DNA of 64,000 bases from an uncultured Alphaproteobacteria bacterium (GTDB taxonomy: Bacteria; Electryoneota; RPQS01), in contig CAYORN010000002.1 in assembly GCA_964406405.1 (NCBI GenBank), positions 10-64,009 on the forward strand, in the 5' to 3' direction. Below are positions 1 through 8,900 of the stretch, piece by piece (the first letter of the stretch is position 1; every line of letters begins with the position of its first letter). The position numbers were made by a program, and so were the translations under genes. The notes beneath the pieces were generated by a model. It saw nothing but the letters and a program-made list of their open reading frames with translations. It had not been told where the DNA came from and searched no databases.

Positions 1-448
1 GCTTGTCATTCTGAAGTCTGTTCCGCAACGATTTGATTCGCCAGCTTACATTGATCTTCGGAACAGGCTGAAGAATCTTATGTTTCCGTTGCCTGAAGAA
101 AAACATGAGATCCTTCACCTGCGAAGACGGAAGACGCAGGTTCAGGATGACAAATGCGGGGGAGACGGGCGATGCAATCGGCCCCGACAACTCCATCTCC
201 TCATTCCCCGTTTTCTTCCCGCCGCAAGAAAGTTCGATAATCATGGCCTGTTATTCATGCGCTTGTCATTCTGAAGTCTGTTCCGCAACGATTTGATTCG
301 CCAGCTTACATTGATCTTCGGAACAGGCTGAAGAATCTTATGTTTCCGTTGCCTGAAGAAAAACATGAGATCCTTCACCTGCGAAGACGGAAGACGCAGG
401 TTCAGGATGACAAATGCGGGGGAGACGGGCGATGCAATCGGCCCCGAC
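1..448. repeat. Tandem duplication with a 260-bp period. Positions 1-188 are identical to 261-448, and a third degenerate copy of the 3' core (hairpin + TCAGGATGACAAATG) lies at 494-536
   Basis: Direct comparison of positions 1-188 with 261-448 gives an identical 188-nt string; copy 1 is truncated by the window edge. Each copy contains the 8-bp inverted repeat ctgttccg...cggaacag and ends in ttcaggatgacaaatg. Confidence 0.8.
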
Positions 449-673
449 GACCGATTATCCGGTCAGAGCCTCGAAGCTGAGATCCTTCCCTTACCTGAAG
501 CGTCGCCAGCTTGCTTCAGGGTCAGGATGACAAATGAAGAGCACACAGCCGCGCGGCGAGACTACTGATGGTGCTTGTTTCGGCGGGGTCGTGCGTTCGG
601 GGTGCTCTTGTTCGGCTTTGATCAACCCCGCTCGGCGACATTCACTGCGAGAGGTTCTGGACGCCTGTGCTCT

Positions 674-703
674 GACCAACACCCGGGAGGGTGTTGGCTA
701 GTG
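674..703. repeat. Solitary REP-like palindromic element, identical to the REPs flanking the RAYT gene at 38.1-38.6 kb
   Basis: gaccaacacccgggagggtgttggctagtg contains the palindrome ccaacaccc-ggga-gggtgttgg and is identical to 38616-38645. Confidence 0.75.
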
Positions 704-874
704 GGCGTGTCCAGAACAACAAGTTCAATAAGGATGAGGTAAGATACGCAAGAACAGGGAGTTTGTCAAGAGAGAACCGGCGGCCAGAGGCCGCCGGAAG
801 TATATTCGAATAGCGTGGTACGGGGCATCCTTCACTTCGTTCAAGGACAAGTTGTGCAGACACGGGGGAGACCT

Positions 875-910
875 GAGACTTGAAACGTGAGACTTGAAAC
901 ATGAAACTCG
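875..910. repeat. Short tandem repeat (gagacttgaaac x2 + tgaaac) immediately 3' of the BNR gene
   Basis: gagacttgaaacgtgagacttgaaacatgaaactcg; related to the heptad family found elsewhere in the window. Confidence 0.5.
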
Positions 911-923
911 GTAAAGTGCAGGA

Positions 924-2852
924 TTACAAGATCGGGGCCGTGGGTGTGAAATGCAAGATCGTGCCGCCCTCGCCGACGGCCCAGCCGTGACCGGCGCGCG
1001 TGAGCGCGACGCTCTTCAGTGTGTTGCCGTTGCGGAATTCGGACGGTGTCCAGGTGACGCCGCCGTCGGTCGTAAACAGCAGAACGCCATGCTCGCCCAC
1101 CGCCCAGCCGTAATTCGCGTCGAGGAACGTGATGCTATTCAGAGTGCGGCTGGTGCCGCTGGGCTGAATCGTCCAGCTTGCGCCTTCATCCGCAGTGTGC
1201 ATGATCAGGCCATTACTTCCGCACGCCCAACCGATGTCTTCATTGATGAAAGTCAAGTGAGACGCAGCGCCCAGGCCATTGAAGCGATCGCTTGTCCAAT
1301 CCTGACCGCCGTTGATGGAATGAAAGAACATGGCCCCGCTATAGCCACCACTCGAGATCCAGATCGAGCTGTCGCCGGTCATGCAGATATCGCTCAAGGA
1401 ATAGGAATATAGCGGAGCATTCTCGATCTCCCAGGTCATTCCGCCATCTTCCGTTTTCAATGCGAAGCCTGACGACCCGGTCGCCCAGCCGACGCGGCCA
1501 TCATACATGTCGAGCGAGGTGATCGCATCCACCCCGCCGAACTGCTGCTCGTTCCAACTGGCGCCGCCGTCCGCCGTACTCAGAACAACCGCGACGTAAT
1601 CGTTGTCATAGCCGCCGACCGCCCAGCCGTGCAGCGCGTCCACGAATTCTACGTCATAGAGGTCGGCTGATGTGCCACTCGACTGCGTTTCCCACGACTG
1701 ACCGCCATCGGCGGTGTGCAGAACCGTGCCGTTGTCGCCGACCGCCCAGCCCGTGTTTTCATTGAAGAAGGAAGTTGCATTAAGATCGTTCATGCTCACA
1801 GACTGTCCGTCGGGGATCCACCAGAGACCGCCGTTCATCGTATGCATCATAGCGCCGTATTTCCCGACGGCGACACCGATGTTTCCGCTGGAAAACGCCA
1901 GACTGCGCAGGGAAGCGGTGCTTCCGCTCTCCCGCAGCGTCCAGGTCGCGCCGGCATCTATCGAATAGAGCAGCGTGCCGCCGTCGCCGGCAATCCACAG
2001 GCGCTGTGCGTCCTTCACGTAGAGGTGGCGCAAGGTCTGCGAAACTCCGCTCGACGCGGAAAACCAAGAGGAATCCGCATCCACGATATGCAGCAATGAT
2101 CCGTTGCTGCCGACCGCCCAGCCGGTGTCCGGATTCTGAAAGACGATGTCAAACAAATTCTCCTGATAGCCGAGGATCTGGTGCCACGATACGCCGCCAT
2201 CCGTCGTCCGTTGGATGGTGCTGTAGCTGTACCGCTCCTCATTCCCCGTCACAACCCACCCGTTCATTTGATCGGTGAAGCAGACAGACGATATGTTGCG
2301 ATACGAGTCGGTTAAATGAACGTCCCAGCTCTCGCCGCCGTCGGTGGTTCTCAGAACGGTTCCGCTCGTGCCGGCCGCCCAACCATGATCATTGCCGAGG
2401 AACTGAATATCCAGAAACATGGCGCTTGAGCCGGTACTTCGCTCATACCACGTCACGCCGCCGTCGCTGGTATGCAGCAGCACACCGCGTGAGTCGTAGT
2501 ATCCGTAGTATTCATCGATGCCTTCAAAATATCCGCCGCCGATCCAGCCGGTGATCGCATCGCTGAAAAAGACGGTGGTCAAATCCATGTCCGTGCCGCT
2601 GTTCCGTTCGCTCCAGCTCAGGCCGCCGTCGGTGGAACGCAGCAACATGCCGCCATTGCCGATGGCCCAACCAACATCGGCGGAGGTGAAAACCACGTCG
2701 TTGATGCCATTCCCATGCGGGAGTGGATTTTGCCATGCCCAGGAGCCGGCGGCGGGCGTATAGCCCGGACCGCTCCATGATGAATCGTCGCTTTGACAAC
2801 CGAAGGTAATCAACGCCAGCACAGCGAGCGAGGAGCAGAAGAGCGCTTTCAT
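924..2852 (-). CDS. BNR/Ycf48-like (sialidase-type) repeat beta-propeller lipoprotein
   Basis: About 14 repeats of the S/TxDGGxSW BNR motif (TDGGVTW, TDGGESW, TDGGVSW and others). Lipoprotein signal MKALFCSSLAVLALITFGC. The likely start is the internal ATG at 2852, because the longer ORF has a non-signal N-terminal extension. Confidence 0.6.
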   Translation of the reverse strand: MKALFCSSLAVLALITFGCQSDDSSWSGPGYTPAAGSWAWQNPLPHGNGINDVVFTSADVGWAIGNGGMLLRSTDGGLSWSERNSGTDMDLTTVFFSDAITGWIGGGYFEGIDEYYGYYDSRGVLLHTSDGGVTWYERSTGSSAMFLDIQFLGNDHGWAAGTSGTVLRTTDGGESWDVHLTDSYRNISSVCFTDQMNGWVVTGNEERYSYSTIQRTTDGGVSWHQILGYQENLFDIVFQNPDTGWAVGSNGSLLHIVDADSSWFSASSGVSQTLRHLYVKDAQRLWIAGDGGTLLYSIDAGATWTLRESGSTASLRSLAFSSGNIGVAVGKYGAMMHTMNGGLWWIPDGQSVSMNDLNATSFFNENTGWAVGDNGTVLHTADGGQSWETQSSGTSADLYDVEFVDALHGWAVGGYDNDYVAVVLSTADGGASWNEQQFGGVDAITSLDMYDGRVGWATGSSGFALKTEDGGMTWEIENAPLYSYSLSDICMTGDSSIWISSGGYSGAMFFHSINGGQDWTSDRFNGLGAASHLTFINEDIGWACGSNGLIMHTADEGASWTIQPSGTSRTLNSITFLDANYGWAVGEHGVLLFTTDGGVTWTPSEFRNGNTLKSVALTRAGHGWAVGEGGTILHFTPTAPIL

Positions 2853-2871
2853 GAGGTGCCTTGAGAGGAAT

Positions 2872-4140
2872 TTATTTGAGCAGAAGAAGTTTTTGCGAAC
2901 GAGAAAACTCGGTGGTTTGAAGCCGCACAAAGTACATCCCGCTGGAGAGTCCTGAGCCGTCAACGATCAGCGTGTGCTGTCCTTGCGGCATGACGCGATC
3001 CTCCAATGTGCGCACGAGGCGGCCGGTGAGATCGAAGAGGGACAGATTCACCTTACCAGTTACCGGTAAGTCGTAACTCAGGCGCGTAGTGGAGTTGAAG
3101 GGGTTAGGGAAAGCGGAAAGGGAGAAGGCAGCAGGCACCGTGGTGGATGATCTGTTAGGATCAGTCCACGTTGACCCATCATAATGGAGAATCACTCCTC
3201 CTGCTCCAAAAGCCCAGCCATGACCTGAGTTCAAGAATGCGAGGGCGTTGAGATCCACAGTTGTGCCGCTAACTTGCGGGATCCATGTTTGTCCTGCATC
3301 TTCACTGTGAAGAATTGTTCCGTGGTTGCCCACCGTCCACAATTGATTCTCGTCGGCACTGGCAATACTGTAGAGTGCGTATGGAGTCGGCCCATTGACC
3401 TGCGACCATGTCGTTCCGGCGTCCACCGTTGCAAGAATGCAGCCGCTTTCGCCGACGGCCCAGCCTTGCGTTACTGAGAGAAAGAGAATGTCCCAGAGAG
3501 GAAGTTGCGTGTTGCTTACTTGCTCTTGCCATGTCAAGCCGCCATTCTCTGTGCGGATGATAAGTCCGTAAAGGTGAGACTCATCATCCAGGGCTCTCCC
3601 TGCAACCCATCCATGAGTTAAATCTGGGAAAGTCACCGCCGTCAAGGCATCGCTGGTCCCCGTGTTGTGTGCAATCCACTGCGATCCGCCGTTCGTCGTG
3701 GAGAGCACGAGTCCGCCACTCATGCCACTACCAATGGCCCAGGCGAGATTCGTGTTTGAGACGCAAGTGACATCGTAAAGCCCGATCAAGTCTGTGTATT
3801 GCTGTGTCCAGCTTGTGCCTCCGTTGCTCGTATGCAAGATATTCCCGTAAATTCCTCCGACCGCCCAGCCGGACTGATCTGTCGAAAAGGTGACGGATCG
3901 AAGTTCCAAATCAACTCCAACTTCTGCAGGCTGCCAGGTTTCTCCACTGTCAGAGGAATGAAGAGCAACTGCTTCCATGTCTGTTCCACCGACAGCCCAG
4001 CCGTTTTGTGCGCTCGGGAAACATGCGGCGCTAAGATTCCGATCAGTCCCGCTATCTTGCCACTCCCACTCCTGCCCCTGGGCCAACACCACGAGGCCGA
4101 GCATCAGTGCGATGGTCAGCCATAAGCGATTATGGTTCAT
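2872..4140 (-). CDS. BNR-repeat beta-propeller protein secreted via the T9SS (C-terminal Por sorting domain)
   Basis: BNR motifs (SDSGETW, SNGGTSW, TNGGSQW, ENGGLTW, VDAGTTW, EDAGQTW). The C-terminus FPNPFNSTTRLSYDL...LFDLTGRLVRTL...GMYFVRLQT...KLLLLK fits the T9SS type-A CTD. Start taken at ATG 4140 with a GGAGGT RBS 4 nt upstream; the ORF track's 4152 is a TTG. Confidence 0.65.
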   Translation of the reverse strand: MNHNRLWLTIALMLGLVVLAQGQEWEWQDSGTDRNLSAACFPSAQNGWAVGGTDMEAVALHSSDSGETWQPAEVGVDLELRSVTFSTDQSGWAVGGIYGNILHTSNGGTSWTQQYTDLIGLYDVTCVSNTNLAWAIGSGMSGGLVLSTTNGGSQWIAHNTGTSDALTAVTFPDLTHGWVAGRALDDESHLYGLIIRTENGGLTWQEQVSNTQLPLWDILFLSVTQGWAVGESGCILATVDAGTTWSQVNGPTPYALYSIASADENQLWTVGNHGTILHSEDAGQTWIPQVSGTTVDLNALAFLNSGHGWAFGAGGVILHYDGSTWTDPNRSSTTVPAAFSLSAFPNPFNSTTRLSYDLPVTGKVNLSLFDLTGRLVRTLEDRVMPQGQHTLIVDGSGLSSGMYFVRLQTTEFSRSQKLLLLK

Positions 4141-4261
4141 AATTACCTCCAAAGGTGCGTAACGTGCGGCCCGCTCGATCTAATATGCGAATATACGGAG
4201 GGATTTGACCAAGCGCAACGAAAATTACGGTTTTTTCAAATCGGAGGCGGCACTCCGAACA

Positions 4262-4342
4262 GGCCGACAGCCCGACAAGCCGACAACGAACATTGAATCC
4301 GTTCTCTTGTCGGCATGTCAGTTTGTCAGCTTGTCAGTTGTC
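4262..4342. repeat. Inverted arrays of tandem octamers in the promoter region of the 2872..4140 gene
   Basis: On the minus strand, (CTGACAAN)x4 is followed by (TTGTCGGN)x3; on the plus strand this reads gccgacagcccgacaagccgacaacg...cttgtcggcatgtcagtttgtcagcttgtcagttgtcg. Confidence 0.5.
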
Positions 4343-4347
4343 GTCCT

Positions 4348-5766
4348 TTACACCTCGTGCTCCAGCCAGGTGCCGCGGCGGAAGAGCCAGAGGGCCGCGA
4401 GGCCGCCGAGCGCATGGGCGAGCGTCCAGCCCCACATCAGCCCAAGCGGGCCGAGGTGCAGGACCGTGCCGAAGAGATACATGAAGGGGATGACCATCAC
4501 CCACGAGTGCACGATGGACAGGATCATCGGCGGCGTATTCTGCCCTGCGCCTTCGAATACCGTTTCCGCGCCGATGTGCAGACCGATCATCGGCAGGCTG
4601 ATGATCATGATGCGCAGGATCTGCCGCGCGAGGTCGTGCGTGGCCGGGTCGGAGAAGAACAGGCTCACAACAAAGTTGTTGAACACGAGCAGCAGCGCGG
4701 AGTAGCCGATCATGATCCAGAACGCGAGCCGTGTGGAGAGCACACCCGCGAGCCACGCGCGATCGAGTTGGCGCGCGCCGAGATATTGCCCGATCAGCGC
4801 ACCTGTGCCGAGGCCAAGACCGGCGATGACCATCACGCCGAAATGCATCACCTTGCTGCTCATGCCGTACGCCGCCACGGCGGTGGTGCCGAAGGTGGCG
4901 ACCAGCTTGACGGCAAAGGTCGTAGCCATGGAGAAGCTGATGCTGTTTATGCCTGCCGGCAGCCCGATGCGGATCTGCTGCCACATCTCCGGCCACGCGG
5001 GAGCGGGCGCGTGCAGCCACTTGACACGCACCGGCGAAGAGGCACGATGCAGCGCCCACATGCCGGTGGAGACGACGGCGATATGCGCGGTGGCGGTGGC
5101 AATTGACGCGCCGAGAATTCCAAGTTCAGGAAACGGCCCATAGCCGAAAATCAGCAGCGGGTCGAGAATGCAGTTCAGGCCTGCACCGAGCGCCTGAATC
5201 CACAGCGCCGCGCGCGGTTGGCCGATGCTCCGCAATGCGGTGTACACGGAATAGCCCGTTCCAGCAAAGCCGAGCACGGACAATTGCACGACGCCATAGC
5301 GCAGGCCGAGCGCTTTGACGTCCGGCGCGGCGTTCATGAAGTCCAGCACCCACGGCAGAATGAAAATCGCCGGCACGCCGAACAGCGTTCCCAGGACAAA
5401 CTTGAGCACGAAGGTGTTCTTGATGGACTGTTCCGTGCGCGTGAAGTCGCCTTCGCCGTAGCGGCGGGAGATGGTGGCGACGCTGCCCGTGCCGATGATC
5501 ATGTTCCAGAAGGAGAGCACCCACATAAACGTCGTGCACATGGTGATCGCCGCAACCGGCGCGGAACCGATGCGCGCGAGCCAGAACATGTTCACAATCT
5601 CGTAAAGTGAACTCACGAGGAAGCCGGTCATCGAAGGCAGACCCATCGAGAGCACTTCCCGCATGATGCCGCGCTTCACCTCACGAGTGTACGCGGGCGG
5701 GGCCTGTCCGTTCAGCGGGCCATGAATGGCTTCGGCGACTTTGCGGGGAGGAGAGGTACGTAACAT
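4348..5766 (-). CDS. MATE-family multidrug/oligosaccharidyl-lipid efflux transporter
   Basis: 12 predicted TM segments. The N-terminal block GLPSMTGFLVSSLYEIVNMFWLARIGSAPVAAI is typical of MATE (NorM/DinF) proteins. The true start may be the internal Met near 5664. Confidence 0.75.
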   Translation of the reverse strand: MLRTSPPRKVAEAIHGPLNGQAPPAYTREVKRGIMREVLSMGLPSMTGFLVSSLYEIVNMFWLARIGSAPVAAITMCTTFMWVLSFWNMIIGTGSVATISRRYGEGDFTRTEQSIKNTFVLKFVLGTLFGVPAIFILPWVLDFMNAAPDVKALGLRYGVVQLSVLGFAGTGYSVYTALRSIGQPRAALWIQALGAGLNCILDPLLIFGYGPFPELGILGASIATATAHIAVVSTGMWALHRASSPVRVKWLHAPAPAWPEMWQQIRIGLPAGINSISFSMATTFAVKLVATFGTTAVAAYGMSSKVMHFGVMVIAGLGLGTGALIGQYLGARQLDRAWLAGVLSTRLAFWIMIGYSALLLVFNNFVVSLFFSDPATHDLARQILRIMIISLPMIGLHIGAETVFEGAGQNTPPMILSIVHSWVMVIPFMYLFGTVLHLGPLGLMWGWTLAHALGGLAALWLFRRGTWLEHEV

Positions 5767-5787
5767 AAAATTCGAAATTCGAAATCC
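5767..5787. repeat. Heptad microsatellite (AAATTCG-type x3), a member of the recurrent intergenic GAAAATY family
   Basis: aaaattcgaaattcgaaatcc lies directly upstream of the MATE start. Confidence 0.5.
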
Positions 5788-5805
5788 GAGTCAGAAGGAA
5801 TCCAA

Positions 5806-5958
5806 TTGCCGAGGCAGGTTCCACGAGAGCCAAACGCACGCCGATACTCCTGCTGAGAACCTGCCCGAAATTGGTATAGTGACAAAAACATCGCTTCCGG
5901 GCGGGTTCTCGGATGCGATCTCGTTCTGCACAGAGTATCGTGGAACCCGCCTCGGCAA
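5806..5958. repeat. Nested imperfect inverted repeats: 20-bp outer arms and 13-bp inner arms, a MITE-like element or structured RNA
   Basis: ttgccgaggcaggttccacg (5806-5825) vs cgtggaacccgcctcggcaa (5939-5958), 1 mismatch. Inner arms gagaacctgcccg (5855-5867) vs cgggcgggttctc (5898-5910); plus gatactc/gagtatc. Confidence 0.5.
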
Positions 5959-6242
5959 AATCAGGAAGAAAAAACCCACCGCCGAGGTTGCGACGATGGG
6001 TTTGAAAGGCGGGCGAGTTGCGAAGACTTAACTCGCCCCTACATATCTTGCGGTTACGCCGCAATCCTCCCATCGTCCACGAGCACGACCACCGTATTGC
6101 ACGGCTGAAGCTCGATGGCCTTGATTGAGTTGATGGCGAATTGGACGAACATGAGACGGCGTTTTCCTGATTATTTGTTCAGATTGTCACAGACTTCCAA
6201 AATATAAGAAAAAAGCGCGTGCGAGTCAAGGGGTGAAGTACC

Positions 6243-8900
6243 TCACGGTGCCAGCGGAGGACAGCCTCCTTCCGGGGTGGTGGGCTCTGTCATGTAAGGC
6301 GCCGTGTGCGAAGTCGGTTCGCAAATGCCCTGGCGCTTGCACAACGTGACGTTGTAATGGGTCTCAAATTCCTTGCAACAGGGTTCTGCGGCATCGCACG
6401 GCGGCGTCGCCTGGACCCGAAAGCTGTTGTCCCCCCGCAAATTGACGCATCCGTGTTGGCTAAGCGGCCGGTCGTCACGGTTGATAGTCTCGCCGGGATA
6501 ATCGTACCAGCGTGTGACGCCGGTCGCTCTGGGGTTTCGCCGCTTGGGATTGCCGGGACGGTCACTCTCATCCCGATAGCCTCGATTACGAGGGCTCTTC
6601 CCTTTTTCGATCACGCCATTCCCGTCGTTGCCGTACGTCCCGTCAAAGGCATGAGCCTCGTTGTCGTTCTGATAGCGCCGCGTCGAATCCTTGAGCTCGC
6701 ACACAAAGCCCGACTTGCACGTGCCGGTCGAAATGGTGCGGGTTCCTTTCGCATCCTGTCCCTGCTGGAAGGAAGCCCCTTCGACGTCGCAACGGAGCGT
6801 GATGTTCACCTCGAATCCGAATGCTACGGTGTATTGCCCCGAGGGAAGGCACTCGACAATGGGACCGAGCTTGCCGCGATTGCCGCCGTATTGCCCCTCC
6901 GCGTCACCGGCGGTGCTGATCGTGAGCTCCTCGCAACAGCAGCCAATTTGGGTGATCGGCTGCGTGGTTCCCTCCGGAGCCGGTTGCACGCCCGCGGTTT
7001 CACCCGGCACATGGAACCAGTAGTCAGGGTTCCACATCACCAGATCCGACGCGAGCTGTGGAATGACCTTGACAATCGTCAGCGAATCAAAATCCGGGTA
7101 CCACTCGATCGTTGTTTCGGAACCATAACGTTCGTTAACGTGGGAGGAGAGCCATAAGAAATCCGCAATCGGGGACGGCGACGTGACACCTTGTGTCTGC
7201 ATGACAAAGATCCCGCGTGCCGGATTCCAGACCGCATCATATGTGGCATACGGCTCCTGCACGACGTTGACGTTGATGTTCGAAACCCACGTGCGTCCTT
7301 GCCTGTCCACAAGCGATGCCGTGACCAGATGAGATCCATCCCCCAGGGCGCTGAAATCATATTCGCAGCCGCGAAAACCGGTGGCGTCCTGTGGATTGTC
7401 AAGGTTGGAACCGAGCAGAACCGGCCAGCCCATGGAATCAGCTTCGATGCGGAACGAATCCCATTCTGCCAGATGCAGCAGATCATGAATGACAATCGCA
7501 TGCCGTCCGGCCAGCGTTGCTCCGTCCGGCGGCCACGATATGAAAGGCCGCGGCGGATCATAAAAAGCGCTTACGCGCGGTTCGACGGCGAAAAAAGCTT
7601 TGGTGATGCCCTCCGTCGGTATGACAAACGGACTCGTGTTTGTGACGGCAACGACCGAGTCCACGTTGTCCGGATTGCTTCCCAGCAACACTTCCCACCC
7701 GTCATTGGAAAGCGGGCGGCCGCTCGTGTCGCGCGGAATCGTGTCCCAGTTCAGTTCGACCAGGGCGGAAGAGACCGAATGCAGGGTGAGCGGAACAAAT
7801 TCCATTTCGATGGTTGGCTCTGTCTGGATGCTCGCCGCGGAACTGATGACTTCCGTACCGGTGCAGTCCCGTGCTCGCAGGCGCACCGAATACACCGTGC
7901 CGGGAGTGAGTCCGCTGATCGTTCCCCCCCCGCCGATGCCCCATTGCGATGCCGTGGCGTAGTCCGGATCCATGCTTACGCCGTACGGCCACCGGACGAA
8001 TTCGGAACTGCCAAATCCATCTGAAGAGAATTCGATGGCATATTCGATGCTCGCGCTGCCGGCGATCCACGGCATCCTGAAATAAACATCCGTCGGCGAT
8101 GCGGCCGTCATGAGAATCGGTGCGGGCGGATTGGTGACCGGACGACAGCCGGCGCCGCTCACGAGTACGCTATCGCGCGGACGAACGGGATCAGAGGAAA
8201 AAATCTCCACCGTACCCAAAAAATCATGAGCAAAGGTCGGCGCAAACGTCACCGTGACAGGCTGGGACGCGGACGGAGGGATCTGAAACGAAGACGGCGA
8301 GACGCTCCAGATTTGGCCATTGGTGCGCACGGAATCCACACACAGGTTTTGCGTTCCGTTGTTGGTTACCGCAACCACCAACTGCGACAGAGCGCCCACA
8401 TAGGTCGGCGGAAACTGCATCGTCTGAGGCGCAATCTGAATCGTCCCCGCGCACTGCGGATTGGGCGTGCCGCTCAGTTGAAATACGTACGGTTCAGGAG
8501 TTCCGGTCGGAGTCGCGGAGCCGCATTCGATAATGATGGCGGCCCCGGCAAGCAGCGGAAAACTGATGAAAGGATCATCGCCGCAACCGGCATCCGCGGA
8601 GAAGAGCAGAGCATTGCAGCAGGAGTTCTGCGGCCAGATTTTGAGATAGCCATTCGTCGGACTGCCGCACATGCCCGCGGTGTACTGTCCGGAAGTTGTG
8701 GCCGTGAATTGATAAAACACATCGCGAAAGGGCTGCCCGACGCAATTGTCGGCTTGCCCGGTGAGGCCATTGTCCTGATACGGGAGATTGAAAATCTGCA
8801 CAGCATTGGCACAGGTTTCGCCCCCCTGATCGAGCTGGGCCCAAGCGATCCCGTATGCAAACAGGAGCAAGAGCACTACACTTAGACGTCGGATGACCAT
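6243..8900 (-). CDS. Large secreted hypothetical protein (about 885 aa) with FN3-like segments and an unusual Cys-rich, charged C-terminal region
   Basis: Signal peptide MVIRRLSVVLLLLFAYGIAWA|Q with an AGGAGG RBS 4 nt upstream of ATG 8900. The C-terminal 250 aa are rich in Cys, Asp, Arg and Asn (e.g. CCCEELT, CKSGFVCELKD, PPCDAAEPCCKEFETHYNVTLCKRQGICEP). No T9SS CTD is recognised. Confidence 0.5.
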   Translation of the reverse strand: MVIRRLSVVLLLLFAYGIAWAQLDQGGETCANAVQIFNLPYQDNGLTGQADNCVGQPFRDVFYQFTATTSGQYTAGMCGSPTNGYLKIWPQNSCCNALLFSADAGCGDDPFISFPLLAGAAIIIECGSATPTGTPEPYVFQLSGTPNPQCAGTIQIAPQTMQFPPTYVGALSQLVVAVTNNGTQNLCVDSVRTNGQIWSVSPSSFQIPPSASQPVTVTFAPTFAHDFLGTVEIFSSDPVRPRDSVLVSGAGCRPVTNPPAPILMTAASPTDVYFRMPWIAGSASIEYAIEFSSDGFGSSEFVRWPYGVSMDPDYATASQWGIGGGGTISGLTPGTVYSVRLRARDCTGTEVISSAASIQTEPTIEMEFVPLTLHSVSSALVELNWDTIPRDTSGRPLSNDGWEVLLGSNPDNVDSVVAVTNTSPFVIPTEGITKAFFAVEPRVSAFYDPPRPFISWPPDGATLAGRHAIVIHDLLHLAEWDSFRIEADSMGWPVLLGSNLDNPQDATGFRGCEYDFSALGDGSHLVTASLVDRQGRTWVSNINVNVVQEPYATYDAVWNPARGIFVMQTQGVTSPSPIADFLWLSSHVNERYGSETTIEWYPDFDSLTIVKVIPQLASDLVMWNPDYWFHVPGETAGVQPAPEGTTQPITQIGCCCEELTISTAGDAEGQYGGNRGKLGPIVECLPSGQYTVAFGFEVNITLRCDVEGASFQQGQDAKGTRTISTGTCKSGFVCELKDSTRRYQNDNEAHAFDGTYGNDGNGVIEKGKSPRNRGYRDESDRPGNPKRRNPRATGVTRWYDYPGETINRDDRPLSQHGCVNLRGDNSFRVQATPPCDAAEPCCKEFETHYNVTLCKRQGICEPTSHTAPYMTEPTTPEGGCPPLAP

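Noticed and set aside
80-568. ORFs 80..274, 105..296 and 365..568 (63-67 aa) in the duplicated region
   Set aside because: They share N-termini only because of the 260-bp duplication. They have no RBS logic beyond the AGGATG core, and their codon usage is atypical. They were treated as non-coding repeat rather than as genes.
4334-5106. Long antisense and overlapping ORFs inside the MATE gene (4315..5106 +, 4334..5059 -)
   Set aside because: These are typical spurious open frames of high-GC DNA; they are Arg-, Ala- and Pro-rich and lie opposite a well-supported transporter gene.
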